This document shows positions 1 to 12,782 of a DNA stretch of 64,000 nucleotides, piece by piece (position 1 is the first letter of the stretch; every line of letters begins with the position of its first letter). The stretch is from Hemiscyllium ocellatum (Eukaryota), in NCBI RefSeq assembly GCF_020745735.1, contig NC_083437.1, positions 24,552,001 through 24,616,000 of the forward strand, written 5' to 3'. A program made the translations under genes and the position numbers. The notes beneath the pieces were generated by a model. It worked only from the letters and a program-made list of their open reading frames with translations. It searched no databases and was not told where the DNA came from.

Positions 1-2619
1 TGTTTCAATTAAGTGACTATATCTTTTAAAAAGAAAATTATGTGCATTATGTGTGTATATGGAAAATTTCAATTGTCATTTGTTCGAATGCTCTATGGAT
101 AGACTAAATGGGTTAAGGTATAATCAAACAATTACAAAGATTTAAAGCACTTTTAAGTGCATACCATTGTTTGTGCTGCACCTAAGCCTCATCTAAGCTT
201 ATCAACATCATCTCACTTTCATTTCAAAGATACTATTGCCTGAATGACCCACTGTGGCACATTCTAATGCAAAGGTTCAGAGGCTTTTTTTTAAACCATT
301 TGATGGGCTGTGCACCATCTCGTTAACTTGTGACTTGTTCACCTAGTAATGAGGGCAGTTGAGATTCAACTGTAATGTTGTGGCTTTGAAGTCACATATA
401 GATCAAATCCGGTAAGGATGGCAGATTTCCTTTCTGAAATTTCTTTTGTATATCAGATTGGTTTTAATGCCATTTCAGTTTGTTCTTAATGATCATTTCA
501 CTTCAGGTTTATCCAATGCACTGAATTTGAGCTTCTCAGCTGTGGTAAGATTAGAACTCCTCTTTCTCAATCACGAATCCTCAGGATTATCAGTCTAAGA
601 TGAACACTACGTGGCCAGTGACCTTCAGTTTGGAGATCCTAGTCAAAGTAGAATCCTGATCAAACATAAGAAACATCTAATTGTGCAGGCAGCATCCATA
701 GTCTAGCACCCAGCGAGGCCCATGTACACACTTCCAAAGGCAGGTGCCTATTCAGTCACTGGATATATATAGGTCACCATGTTTCAGAGAGACTCGATGG
801 GAATTTACTCTTCCTAAGATCCAATGATGAGAGAAACTAGCCTCACCCTCTGAGCAGTGACCTTGTGATTGGCAGGTAAAGCCTCTACCATTTACAAAGC
901 CAAGTGGGAAATCCCAAATCAGGGCAGGACTCTAAGATGACAAGCTATTCTGTATGATTGCTCAGAGTAAGAGGTTAATAAATCTAAGGCCTGGGTCCAC
1001 ATGACATTTCCTATAATAATTTAAACAATTTAGTTCAATCATGACAATTTAAAAAATGTTTTGTCCATATATTACTTGTTGGACAACTGACGCTGGTCTC
1101 CAAGTGATATTAGTTGTAGATTTGCACTCTTTGCTTGCTGGACAGGACATTTCTGCATAATAACAGGAAAGCAACCTCCTCTTCATTGGGAAGCTAAAGG
1201 AATCAAGTTGCCTCCACCCCCCCCCCTTCAACTCCTTTCAGCATTAAATCACAAGTGACCTCTGCCAGACCCTAATAGATGCCCTCTTTGCTTTGTCCAC
1301 AATCTTAGAAGACACAAGCAGAGAAAATAAAATATCCTTTGAGCACAAGATGTAAAAATGAAAGTAAACTCAATCACTTCCAAAGAAGATGGTGAGTGTT
1401 AGGCTTAGGGATACAGAAAATATTGTCATTGTTTCAGTAAAGGATATTATGTTGGAACCAAAGCGAGGTATACTGCTGAACAAAATATAGGAAGCTTCAT
1501 TCTTCATTTAATGTGTACTGTAGGATGACTTGATGCTGAAACAGAGGGCTAATTTAGTTCAGCCCATCGCAATTGGGAAATGTAGCTGGGCCTGCTTCAT
1601 CTCAGGAGAGGTCACACTGCAGTTGTGCCCGCAAATATTAAGTTGAAGGTGGGAATGGACCATCTGCTCCAGATGGATGATCAACTAGCCCACTTTTGAG
1701 CCAATTTTCCCTGAACCAAGTGGAATTTAGTGGAATTTAGTGGCATCTCTGGGATGACAAGAATTATGGCTTTCCATGGGTTTCCCTCTTTCACAGTCAC
1801 TTAGCAACTGATTAGCAAACTGGCCATGAGCACAGCAGTGGCCATTGAAAGATACTGCACTGCCCTTGCCTTCATTCCTCCTGTCCCACCTCTCTCTTGC
1901 TCTCTCTTCACCCCCATCCGTTTAAAGTACCTCCTTCTCTCAGTGTAACTCAGTCTCTCCAGGTCATGCCAAGAGATTTTATGATGTGTGATAGTCCTGC
2001 ATTTAAGACTCCTGGAGAATCAATAGCAAACATGCTTCAAAGGTCTGAGTCACAGAAATACAAAGCAAAAAGTCACTGAGAAAATGCTGATTTGATATCT
2101 TTTTGGAATAACTGGCAGTGTTTTGCTTTGATTCAAATGAACTAAAGATTTCGGAAGAAAAGCAATCCAAGTTTGTCAGAGTGGAGTCAATTCAGGAGGA
2201 AGCAACACTCACTTGGTTCAATTCAGTGAGTCGAAACATTGACACTTTTATCAAAACAGCTTGTCTCATAATGACTGATATGACTATAAGGCTATAATTC
2301 CTGATTAGTATCCAGGGTGAAGTCTGTACAATTAACTGCCTGATACAAGCAATTCACTTTGCTTGGAGATATAATAATCCCTTTGTACATAATTTACAAT
2401 CTTTTATGTTGTTTGTTTTTAAGTTAAAACTTCCATCTCATGTTCCATATTCTTTGTTGATAGATTACTTATTGAAAATTGTTTCATGAAGCAGTGATCC
2501 ATTATAGCTCATTTCCCCCCTTCTACCAATGCTGACCATTTGAGATATTGTAGCTAGTTAGTCGCTACAATGCTTTTTTTCTCCTACGTGTTCCCTGATC
2601 GTGAATCCAGCAGAATAGT

Positions 2620-2927
2620 GGGTGGCACGGTGGCACAGTGGTTAGCACTGCTGTCTCACAGCGCCTGAGACCCGGGTTCAATTCCCGACTCAGGCGACTG
2701 ACTGTGTGGAGTTTGCACGTTCTCCCCGTGTCTGCGTGGGTTTCCTCCGGGTACTCCGGTTTCCTCCCACAGTCCAAAGATGTGCGGGTCAGGTGAATTG
2801 GCCATGCTAAATTGCCCCTAGTGTTAGGTAGGGGTAAATGTAGGGGTATGGGTGGGTTGCGCTTCGGCGGGTCGGTGTGGACTTGTTGGGCCGAAGGGCC
2901 TGTTTCCACACTGTAAGTCTAATCTAA
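2620..2927 (+). mobile_element. HE1-like V-SINE, full length, (TAATC)n tail
   Basis: tRNA-like head (GGTGGCACAGTGGTTAGCAC...GGTTCAATTCC), V-domain core GTGGAGTTTGCACGTTCTCCCCGTGTCTGCGTGGGTTTCCTCCGG, and CR1-like 3' end GGGCCGAAGGGCCTGTTTCC. Confidence 0.9.
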
Positions 2928-3071
2928 AAATATTTGAACAGGATAGTTATTATAGAAGAACCTAGTCCCGCTCTCACCTGATATGTCCACACAGGCAAAA
3001 CACCTGCTGTGAACTTTCTATCCTGCTCTTGCTCTTCACTGTCATCTGGTGTGAGTTTGCACCACAGATTG

Positions 3072-3300
3072 AGTCAAGACCAATTTGGTCCAAAGATGTG
3101 CAGGTTGGATGGATTGGCCATGATAAATTGCCTATAGTGTCTGTGGATGTGCTGGCTATGTGGATTAGCCATGGGAAAATACGTGGTTACAGGGATGGGG
3201 TGGGAGGTGAGTCTGGGTGGGATGTTCTTCAGAGGATTAGTGCGAACTTGATGGGTCAAATGGCCTGCTTCTTTGCTGTAGCAATTGTACGATTTCTATG
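3072..3300 (+). mobile_element. HE1-like SINE, 3' fragment, diverged
   Basis: TCCAAAGATGTGCAGGTTGGATGGATTGGCCATG... matches the 3' half of the other copies. Confidence 0.7.
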
Positions 3301-4189
3301 TCCTGTGCAGGGTGTGGCATTTGCCAATCAAAGTCGATCCCTCTCTGTTTAAAAAAAAAATCTTGCATCACATAAGGACAAGGCTGTTTTAGTTTCGTTT
3401 CTGGTATAACTGAATAGGCCAATGCATTAAAACACTGGTCTTTTGCCTGTTGGAGCCCATTTAAATCCAACCCACAGAGAAGAGACAATGGGTGCCCTTC
3501 TCTGAGAAACAAGACATCAGTGAATGAGTTTGAAGAACCTCAATTCAACATTTGTAACAGTCCTCACGCACTAATGTTTTCCCACATTTGAAAGTCGCTA
3601 TAGTTTGACATCTCTGCTCAGAAGACGTATTGAATATTTAAATGCTGTTGGCATACAAGAAGGAATGGAAGCTGATGTTCAGGCTGAATACCAAATCAGA
3701 TTGAAAATGGGGTTGTTTGAGGTGTATTTTCCAAGACTCAATTGATAGTTTTCCTTGAAAAGAATATAGAAGCAGCTTTTGCAGCTATGAGGTAATGCTT
3801 TTGTGCTACAGCAGGGCTATAGGAAGCAATGTGCTTATGTAACATGTCCTGTTGGGGTGAGGGGCATTCTGCAGTGTGGATTGAAGCTACAAGCCACAGG
3901 GCAGGCATTGTAAATTAAAATGCGGGGAAGTAATTAGAAAGCAATAGCTGCCTGAGATTGCTAACGCATCAAGAGTTTGAGATGATGTCAAGCAACTTTA
4001 AACGTGAGGACCGGGCAGTTTGTAGCAGCCTTCTGAACCAATCAATGAAAGCTGATTTTGGAAATGGTGAGTCACATGTCAAAGGGCAGAGCGAGATGTA
4101 ATGCTTCTCAGTTACTGTGATTCTGTAGACTTGGCATGGTCTGAATTGTAAAAGAACTTCGAGCAATTGAAGGAATGAAAAGGAAGAAG

Positions 4190-4385
4190 GAGCTTGATTT
4201 TTCTCAATACCTCAGGCCTCCCAAAGCACTTTTGAGTCACTTTGTGAAATGTGGTCACTGCTGTTATAGAGGAAACTATGCACCCAGTTTGTGCACAGCA
4301 AGACCCCACAAGCAATGACGAGATACATGATTGGTTGGTGAATGGTCAGAACACTGAGGGAAACACTCCTGCTGTCTTAATGATC
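4190..4385 (-). mobile_element. DeuSINE-like 3' relic
   Basis: CCTCAGG..TCCCAAAGCACTTT, GTCACTGCTGTTATAG and GCACAGCAAGACCCCACAAGCAATG. Confidence 0.5.
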
Positions 4386-4799
4386 ACTTCATGTTGTAGC
4401 TTTCCTTTCAGATACTTGCAAAGCTGTGTTCTGGATGTCAGACTGGTACTGGAGAGATTGTTTTTTACTTCAGAGACGTCTCCAAAAAGAGTTCGTTTTC
4501 AACTTTCAAAACAAACCTTTAAACCCGGGACAAGAATGGCATTTGTTAGCTTGTTTTAAGATGCCCAGATTTTCTGAATTCCACTCTGTAGCTGCAGTTG
4601 TACGTATTACTTAACTCATCTATAGGCTGCACTAGTCCATCTTCAGACTGTCAACAGAAAGCAGGGATTCAGATATCAGGATCAGACAACTCAACTGGAT
4701 TTCACTATCATTAACGGAAATTTCAGAAATCAAGCAATGGGTAAAGGCTTTCTGAGAAAAGTAGGAGCCTCTTTAAACAACAAAAGTCGCAGCCTGATT

Positions 4800-5400
4800 T
4801 TTAAAAATTATCTTTTCATGGGATGTGAGCATCACTGTCAAGGACAGCAGTTAATCCCTAATTGTCCTGGCAAAGGTTTAACCCCGAACCGCTGCAGTCC
4901 ATATGGTGTAGGAAGACCCAGATCGCTGTAAGCAAGCAAGGTCCAGGATCTTGACCCAGTGCCAGTGAAGGAACAGTGATATAGTTTCAAATCAGGACAT
5001 TGTGTGACTTGAAGGGGAACCTGCGGGTAGTGGCGTTCCAATGCATCTACCGCCCTTGTCCTTTGAGATGGTAGAAGTCACTGGTTTGGAAGGTGCTGTT
5101 AAACGAACCTTGGTGAGTTGGTGCAGTGCATCTTGTAGGTTGTATACACTGTTGCCTTTGTGCATCAGTGATGGAGGAAGTGAATGTCTAAAGTGATGGA
5201 TTGGTGTCAATCAAGTGGGCTGTTTTGTCTTGGTTAATGTTAGTCTTGAGTGTTGTTTGGGCTGCTCTCATCCAGGAAAGTGAGGAGTCTTCCATTGCAT
5301 TCCCAACTTGTACCTTGTAGCTGATAGTCTCTGAGGAGTCAGGAATAAGCTCCTTGGTGAGAATTCCCAGCCTCTGACCTGCTGTTGTGGCCATCATCCT
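4800..5400 (-). mobile_element. Zenon-like LINE 3' fragment
   Basis: Collinear with 32361-32960 (YKVQVGNAMEDSSLSWM...). Confidence 0.75.
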
Positions 5401-6204
5401 CACTAGCACAATTTAAATTTAATAGAAAGTATGGGGGGATGGAGTGGAATTTTCCCTGTGGATTCCTGGTAGTAGCTAAATGGCTGTTAGTGTTTTTTTT
5501 ACCAAAGAGGAGCAAGCAGTTTAGCACTGCTCCTGCTACCATGATCTCCAGCCTATCTCAAACTCCTCATCACCACTCATAGTTCATGCTGCCTTTCTAG
5601 AACTGGGGACCATCCTCAAAGATCCCTAACTACTGCCTCCTGCTGCTAGGATTCCCTCCCACTTCCAACCAGGTCATCTGTTTGGCCTGCCAGATGAGAA
5701 GCAGCCCAAAATTGTGTTATTGAGACATTGCTGCTAAGATGATGAGATCCTTCATTCCACACTCCTGGCTCCCTCTGGGCCCAGTGGTGCATGTTTCAAG
5801 ATCAGTGTGTTTTATCACCAATAGGCTTGTGTGTATCAGAGAGGGCGACGGTCAGAGGAGAGTGGGAGGGGACAATGAGAAGGATTGGCAGCTGGACATG
5901 CCCAAATATTCACCATCTTTTGCCATTGGGTCACTATTCTTATGTTATCCGCAGTGATAAATTTGTATGTATGCCCACAGGAGGGTTACAAATGGCTTGG
6001 TACCTGGCCAGCCTTAGTTACAGGCACAAGTTATATAAAAGCTCAGTTTGTTAAGAATGTGTGCTAATGGGGATTAGATGGAGGGTTTGCAAAAGGAGGA
6101 TAACCTAAAAACCTCTACAAGTTGAAAAGAACAAAAGTGACATCGTCCTTTCATTAATTGTACTGTAGCCGACAAAATCAGCAAACTAATATATCATTAA
6201 TATT

Positions 6205-6296
6205 CTGAAGTCAGAAGTTACACAACAGTAGCTTATAATCTGACAGGTTCATTTGAAATCACAAGCTTTCGGAGCACTGCCCCTTCATCAGGTGAA
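6205..6296 (-). mobile_element. Single-arm mini-PLE (family B-related)
   Basis: Reverse strand CACCTGATGAAGGGGCAGTGCTCCGAAAGCTTGTG...TTGTGTAACTTCTGAC. Confidence 0.75.
6259..6295 (-). ncRNA. Minimal hammerhead motif, intact core
   Basis: UCAC-CUGAUGA-A-GGGGC(AGU)GCUCC-GAAA-G-CUU-GUGA. Confidence 0.72.
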
Positions 6297-7930
6297 ATCT
6301 TGATATATTCCAGGTAGGTCAATGAGCGTTGAGATCTTAGTAACCAGGTCTCAAGGTGCACAATGTGGCAGTTAGGAGAGACTCTGTTCACAATAAACTT
6401 TTAGCTGATGAGGACCCCCTGAATTATATTGCATGTGGCTTTGGGATTGATAATCAATCACAGCCAAAGGCACCAGACTAACCATTTTGCTTCTGTCAGG
6501 CTGTCAGGAAAAATGTCCCAAAACATTTTGGTCATGTTTTCTAACTCCAGGCTATTTTTATTTGTTGAGCTGTGTTGAATACTGACTGTTTATTTATATT
6601 AATTTTATTTGAATACTTTGCAACATAACAAACTGTGGGCTTAAAGGAATGCTATTTATATAGGGATCCTGGGTAGAGCGGGGGAGGTCAGCTTGTCATC
6701 TGAATCATGGGGTACATCATGGCCCAGCCCCTCTCTCAGTCACTGATCTTTGTAGATCATTTTGTCACTTTAAACTCGCAATCTGAATTCACATTCTGGC
6801 AACTTTGCTCTATTGTTGGAACAGTGATCTGGAAGGGAGTGAGCAGGGATTGAGATATTGAAAAATAATGCCTATGAAGAAGAAAGAAATACCGTTAAAT
6901 GTAAACTATGTGTGCACTTGTTTGTTGAAATTGCAAGAGAAGGTTGAAAGAATTACTAAGTACACTCATCTGTATATGTTTAAATTCCATTCTGTGATAA
7001 AATTATCTTCCTTTCAAGGCAAAATAAAACTCTCTTTATAACCTAGAGTGGTAGATATTTAAAATCCATCACTAATATCCAATACAAGCTACTGTTTTCT
7101 TTTCCTCTGCATTTCAGACTGATGCCAATCAAAGAGAATGAACCATTAAATCTACCCAACTCACTCCAGTATTATTTCCTCTCACATGGTTGTTTTTTCT
7201 GAGTGTGAAAATTAATCTGGTTGATGGAGTAATGGAATGATATAACACAAGAGGAGGCTATTTGGGCCATCTTACCAAAATGAGATGGGAAATATATACG
7301 TCATTATTGATAATCTATTATCATGAAACAAATAGTTTTAAAGCATTTCATTCCTGATGATATTGTCTCATTGAATAACCCGTCCTCTTGTGATAATTGA
7401 TTATGATCTGTATACATCGAAGCTCCGGGGTAACCAGTCTAAAAATATTCCCACCACCTCCCCACCATTCCGCAAACAAGAAAATAGAAAGTGTATAAAA
7501 ATACAGTCAGAAATAAATTGAGAGCACGGAAAATAGCCAATGTCTATAAACTATGATCCTTTAACACTTCATAAGCAGCTCTTAACCAACACAATGGTTG
7601 AAACATTCAGTGATGCCACTGCAGTTGGTGTAATACTTGTAGCCCACAGCTGGATGAAAGTGGAGACCAGTCCAATTTGGGAACCTTTGTGTCACCAAAC
7701 TCAAACATACAGTCACCAGCATCGTCTTGGTGAGAGTGTGTGTCATGTTCGTCTGCTGCATAGAAGCAAAATGCAAGTTGTTGGAAATAACTTGGGACAT
7801 TCCTGAAAGATATTTTGGTCTCTAAGTGGCATCAGCAATTGAGCTTTCTATTTGACAGCAAATCAGAAATAGTTGACATAGCTGGGAATCAAACTGTTAG
7901 GGTGAAGGTAAAAAATGTTGATAGCTTTCA

Positions 7931-8280
7931 GGTGGCACGATGACTCAGTGGTTAGCATAGCTGCCTCACAGCTCCAGGGACCCCGGTTCAATTCCACCCT
8001 TGGGTGACAGTCTGTGTGGAGTTTGCACACAGTTCTCCCTGTGTCTGCATAGGTTTCATTCAAGTGCTTCACTTTCCTTCCACAGTATAAAGATTTATAG
8101 GTTAGGTGGATTGGCCAGGCTAAATTCCCCATAGTGCGCCAAGATGTGCAGGCTAGGTGGATTAGCCATGGGAAGTGCAGGTTACAGGATTAGGGTTGGG
8201 TCTGGGTGAATGCCCTTTGGAGGGTCAGTGTGGACTCAATGGGCCAAATGGCATGCTTCCACACTATTTCTATGATTCTA
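7931..8280 (+). mobile_element. HE1-like V-SINE, full length, CTATGATT-type tail
   Basis: tRNA head, V core, internal duplicated GATGTGCAGG segment, ends TTCTATGATTCTA. Confidence 0.88.
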
Positions 8281-9584
8281 TTTCAAGTGGGAACTGGAAG
8301 TTTGTTGGTAAGTACAATTATTTCATAAGAGATGGAGTGTACAATGTGGTGCTCTGCAAGGAGCAGGAGGGACGTAGTATATTTGCACAAAGAGTGGTTA
8401 GAGTTGCTCACACAAAGAGTAGTTGAAGTAAAAACACAGATGAACGGGAAGCTGGTTAATAAATGAGAGGCAAAGGAACAGAAGGAAATGCCGGTAAGGT
8501 TGGATTAAGAAGGGTGGGAAGAGGTTTGTGTGGAATTTAAACATCAGCATGGATCAACTGGGTCAAATGGTTTTATTTCTATGTGGTGCACTCAAAAGGA
8601 ATTCTATGAACTTTACGGCTCTTTTTAATTCTATCACATATTTGTTCATGGACAGCACTTGCAAGCAGAAAACCTCTTTGCAGTAGTCACGGTATTAATT
8701 GTGAAAGAATGCTTTGAAATATTTCCCCTTCATTAAACATATTAACTGACCTGGATTGTGCAATTGTAATCACTGTGTGAGATTATCAATATTGATATTT
8801 AACAAGAAAAAAAACATGGAGGTCATTACCAATGGGAGGGAAGAAAAAAACAAAGATGCAAAATGTTTTCTAAAGCAGCAAGTGGATTGTGTTCTATTAG
8901 TACTTTTTTTTCTTTTCAGGAAGCTCCCTGTTCTTTGATGTGCTCCTGTGAAATTTCTTTGTTTAGCTGTGATTTTGCCATTGGATGCACTCAAAGTGCT
9001 TGCAGAGCACATAAGTAAAAGGGCTGACGCCTGGTGACAGCTATTCAAGAGGGAGAGAGCTCTTGTTTCCCACTGAACTGGAAGGGACACTGAGCAGTGT
9101 GAGCTGGAACCTCCGGCCTGAATGGTGATGTCAGCACCATTCCACAGGCATGCTGTGCGATTATTTGAGGCCATTGTGAACAGCAGCTTTTAAAGCAGTG
9201 TTTGTCATCAGTGCATTCAGGACAGGAGGATGGGAAATTGGAGAGCAGGGTTTCTAAACAAAGTCCGTTTTGATGATGTATCGTGGGTAGAGGTCTGTTC
9301 ATTAATTTGTTTTCACCTGAGTAGGACCGTTGACATTGTAACTGGGAGCAGGTTGACTTGGTGTAGAAGTACCAGCACAGAAACAGGCCATTTGGCCCAG
9401 TTCTTCATGCTGTTGTGTATTATTCCATGTTAACCACACCATATCCCATCGGCATACCTTTCTGCCATCTCTCATGTACCCTAACTTTCCCTTAAATATA
9501 ACTGTAAAGTCATCTCAGCTATATCATTCTAACCACACACTGGGTAAACCCATTTCTCATCAGTTCCACATTGGATTTTTAAAA

Positions 9585-9915
9585 AATATATTCTTTTGAG
9601 GGGTGTGAGCATCCCTGACTAGGCCAACATTTATTGCTCATCTATAATAGTCTGTGATTGATGAGCTGCCAACCCCACCTTCTCCAATTGCTGCTGTCCA
9701 TGACATCCACAGTGCTGTTCGGAAGGAAGCTCCAGATCTTTGACCCTGAGACACTGGAGAAATGGTGATTCATTTCCAGGTCAGGATGGTGTTTGCTTTT
9801 GGAGGGGAGTTTGGATATGGTGATGTGCCAAAGCATTTGCTACCCTGGTCCTTCTGTTTGGTAATGGTTACAGGTTTGGAAGGTGTTGTTGAAGGTTCCT
9901 CGGTGAATTATTGCT
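9585..9915 (-). mobile_element. Zenon-like LINE 3' UTR fragment
   Basis: Shared motifs CCAGATCTTTGACCC and TCAGGATGGTG. Confidence 0.65.
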
Positions 9916-11112
9916 ATATTGAGGAGTAATTATGTCATGGTATTGACCTTCTGTTTTGGTTGCCCTCACAAGTGGCCAATTTTGGTTCAATAAATCCTAC
10001 ATAATGCGCACAAAGAAGTCTAGTGAGTGAAGAATGTACAGCGTTTTGGTATTGTGCTTTTCAATGAAGACGCTTTCTACAGAAACTGACTGGAATATCA
10101 ACCATCCACTGGATGGCTGAGCTTATTATTGGATCGAACGTGCTTGAAAATAGTTGTTTGTGCTCAAACATTGAATCAATCAAGCTTGCAGCCCAGAAGG
10201 AGGTCGTCCTGCCCAATACAGCTGTGCCAGTGTTTTGTAAGTACTAAACTGTTAGCCCTATTCTCTGGATATTTCTTTTTTGGATGTCTATCCACCGTTT
10301 TTAAAAGTGATTATCGACTCTGCTGCCCCATTTCATTTCTGGGAGCACATTTCATGGTCCAACAACTCGCTGTCTCAAAAAATAAGAACGCACTTCAACT
10401 CGCCAACTGTTCTTTTTGCAGATGAATTTTTTTATTTGTCCTCTGGTAGCCAACTGAGAATAAAAAGTGTTTGTGAAATACAGAGACTGTTCCACTTACT
10501 ATGTAATCCCTCATGGACTCCTTTGCTGGTGGTTGCTAGGGCAAATTATGTGCATTGATTGCCTTATCCCACATTGAGCCAAGCAGTTTCCACACAAGGC
10601 ACCACACATTCTTAGATCCTTTCATTTGGCTTCTTCCACTGCTCAGGATTGTATTAGAATGGGTGATTAATTCATTCTTTTCCTTTATCCCTGCCATTTA
10701 CAGTACTCCAGCACATTCACTCCAACCTTTTTAGATATAGACAGTGTGAAGGGTCACGGATCAGCTGGCTTCAGTCTCAGCAGCTGCACTTTAAGATGAT
10801 TTCCATCCAGGCAAGCAGCTAAAACAACATCAATGCTTGCAGTGTTAGAAATTACTCCTAATCACACAGAGAGATGATGGTTCATATCAGAATAGTGCCT
10901 TTGTGAATTGGTCACACAAGCTATTAGCTCAGCCTTTAAGATAAATCATTCATGGATCTAACGCTTGCCTGAATCTCTAGGTTATAGTCTGGACCATCCA
11001 ATTAGGAACAGGATTGATAGCTGTAAGGAGACAGGAATCGACAGAGGCTTTGGAAATCTTTCTTCCTGAAAAGGTAGTATGAGCAGGGTCCTTCAATATC
11101 TCTAAGGTGGTT

Positions 11113-11302
11113 ATGATTTGGAGATATTGATGTTGGACCGGAGTGTACAAAGTTATAAATCACAGAACACCAGGTTATAGTCCAACCGGTTTAATTGGAA
11201 ACAATAGCTTTCGGAGTGCCACCTGATGAAGGAGCAGTGCTCCGAAAGCTAGTGCTTCCAGTTAAACCTGTTGGACTATAACCTGGTGTTGTGTGATTTG
11301 TA
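11113..11302. mobile_element. Fold-back mini-PLE (family B)
   Basis: ~60-bp inverted arms and TSD TCTA(A/T)GGTGGTT at 11101-11112 / 11303-11314. Confidence 0.85.
11220..11254 (+). ncRNA. Minimal type-I hammerhead ribozyme motif, intact core
   Basis: CAC-CUGAUGA-A-GGAGC(AGU)GCUCC-GAAA-G-CUA-GUG. Confidence 0.75.
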
Positions 11303-12430
11303 TCTATGGTGGTTGGATTCTTATTAAGTGAAGAGGTGAAAGATTATCAAAAGTAGGTAGCTTAGAGGTTACAATGAAATCATCCAAAGTCTTTTTGAAT
11401 AGCAGTTCAAGGGACTGAATGGTGTACTCCTCACTAACCTTCTCCACCTCTCACTCATACCTTTTAAAACCCAACTTGTTCAAACCTTTGGTCTCTTCAA
11501 TATCACTCCTATAAAATGCCATGGGACATTCACCAAGTTAAGGGTATTATATAAATAAAAGTTATTGCCGTCGATGTGATGTTTGAATAGTAGATACTTT
11601 AATGAGTGTTTAATTAAGACAGGGCTTTCATCCGTAGGTGCTGTGGCTTTAGGAGTAAGGGTTTGTACATTCAGATATGACAAAACAGGATATGCTGCAA
11701 ACGTTCAGCAGGTTGACAACAAGGGAAAGAGGGTCAGTGTGTTAAGACCACTGATGACTCTTCAGAACTGTAAAACAGATGTAAAACCAATTGCAGGTCT
11801 GTCTTATTGTAGTACCATGTTGCCGATATATGCCAAGTAATGCTTAGTATTTTCAAAGTAAGTCCATAAACATGTGTGATATATGCTGGGTACCAGCTCA
11901 AAATGTCAGTTTGTGAAAACCATCTTAGCTACAAATTACCACTTTCAATTTAATTGATAAGCTGTTCTTAGTTCTATTGGCAACAGATCAAACTGAATAG
12001 AATCTAGTTCATGTCTCCCAAATGCCTGCTGTTGGCAAATGGGTAGGGTGGCGTAGTTGAAGCTTTGTGTCTTTTCCACTAACAGACCATCCAATTGACT
12101 GATCTTTTGAGGTGTGCTTCCCAAGTAGACAAGCAGAGTTCATGTGGTGAACTCTGATCTAATCAACACTTTTCAGTGAATGTGACTTGCTATCTTGTCA
12201 CACAGGCATGTTGAATGTGGACTAGGCCACAGAAAATAGTGCTTACTAGTTTTTCAGCTGATGGATTTTAGGCTACTTTCTGTTGTAGCTTTGATCCAGA
12301 GCTTTTTCAAAAACACCTAGCTCCACAAGATTCCTGATATGGATACGAAGGCACATTTGTAAGTTGAATAAAATGTATGAAATTTCAGAAGTTTTATAAA
12401 CTAAATCTCCCAATGGTGGAGCTAGTTTGA

Positions 12431-12752
12431 ATCATCATAGAATCCCTACAGCATGGAAATAGGCCCTTTGGCCTTGCCAGTCCACACGACCCTCTGAAGA
12501 GTAACCCACCCAAACCCATTCCCCATTCCTCTACATTTACCCCTAACCTGCACATCCCTGAATACTCTGGGCAATTTAGCATGACCAGTTCACCTAATCT
12601 GCACGTTTTTGGATTGTGGGAGGAAACTAGAGCACCTGGTGAAAACCGACGCAGACATTGGGAGAACTCCACACAGTCGCCCGAGGCTGGAATTGAATGC
12701 AGGTTCCTGGCACTGTGGGAGCGCAGTGCTAACCACTGAGCCACCATGCCAC
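12431..12752 (-). mobile_element. HE1-like V-SINE
   Basis: Reverse complement of head, core and CTATGA tail (ATCATAGAATCCCTACAG...GCAGTGCTAACCACTGAGCCACCATGCC). Confidence 0.88.
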
Positions 12753-12782
12753 TCTTGTGCTTTTGCTAGTAGTTTGCATTTT

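Noticed and set aside
2620-2692. tRNA gene (and the similar heads of other SINE copies)
   Set aside because: It has A/B boxes but continues into the V-SINE core, so it is a SINE head.
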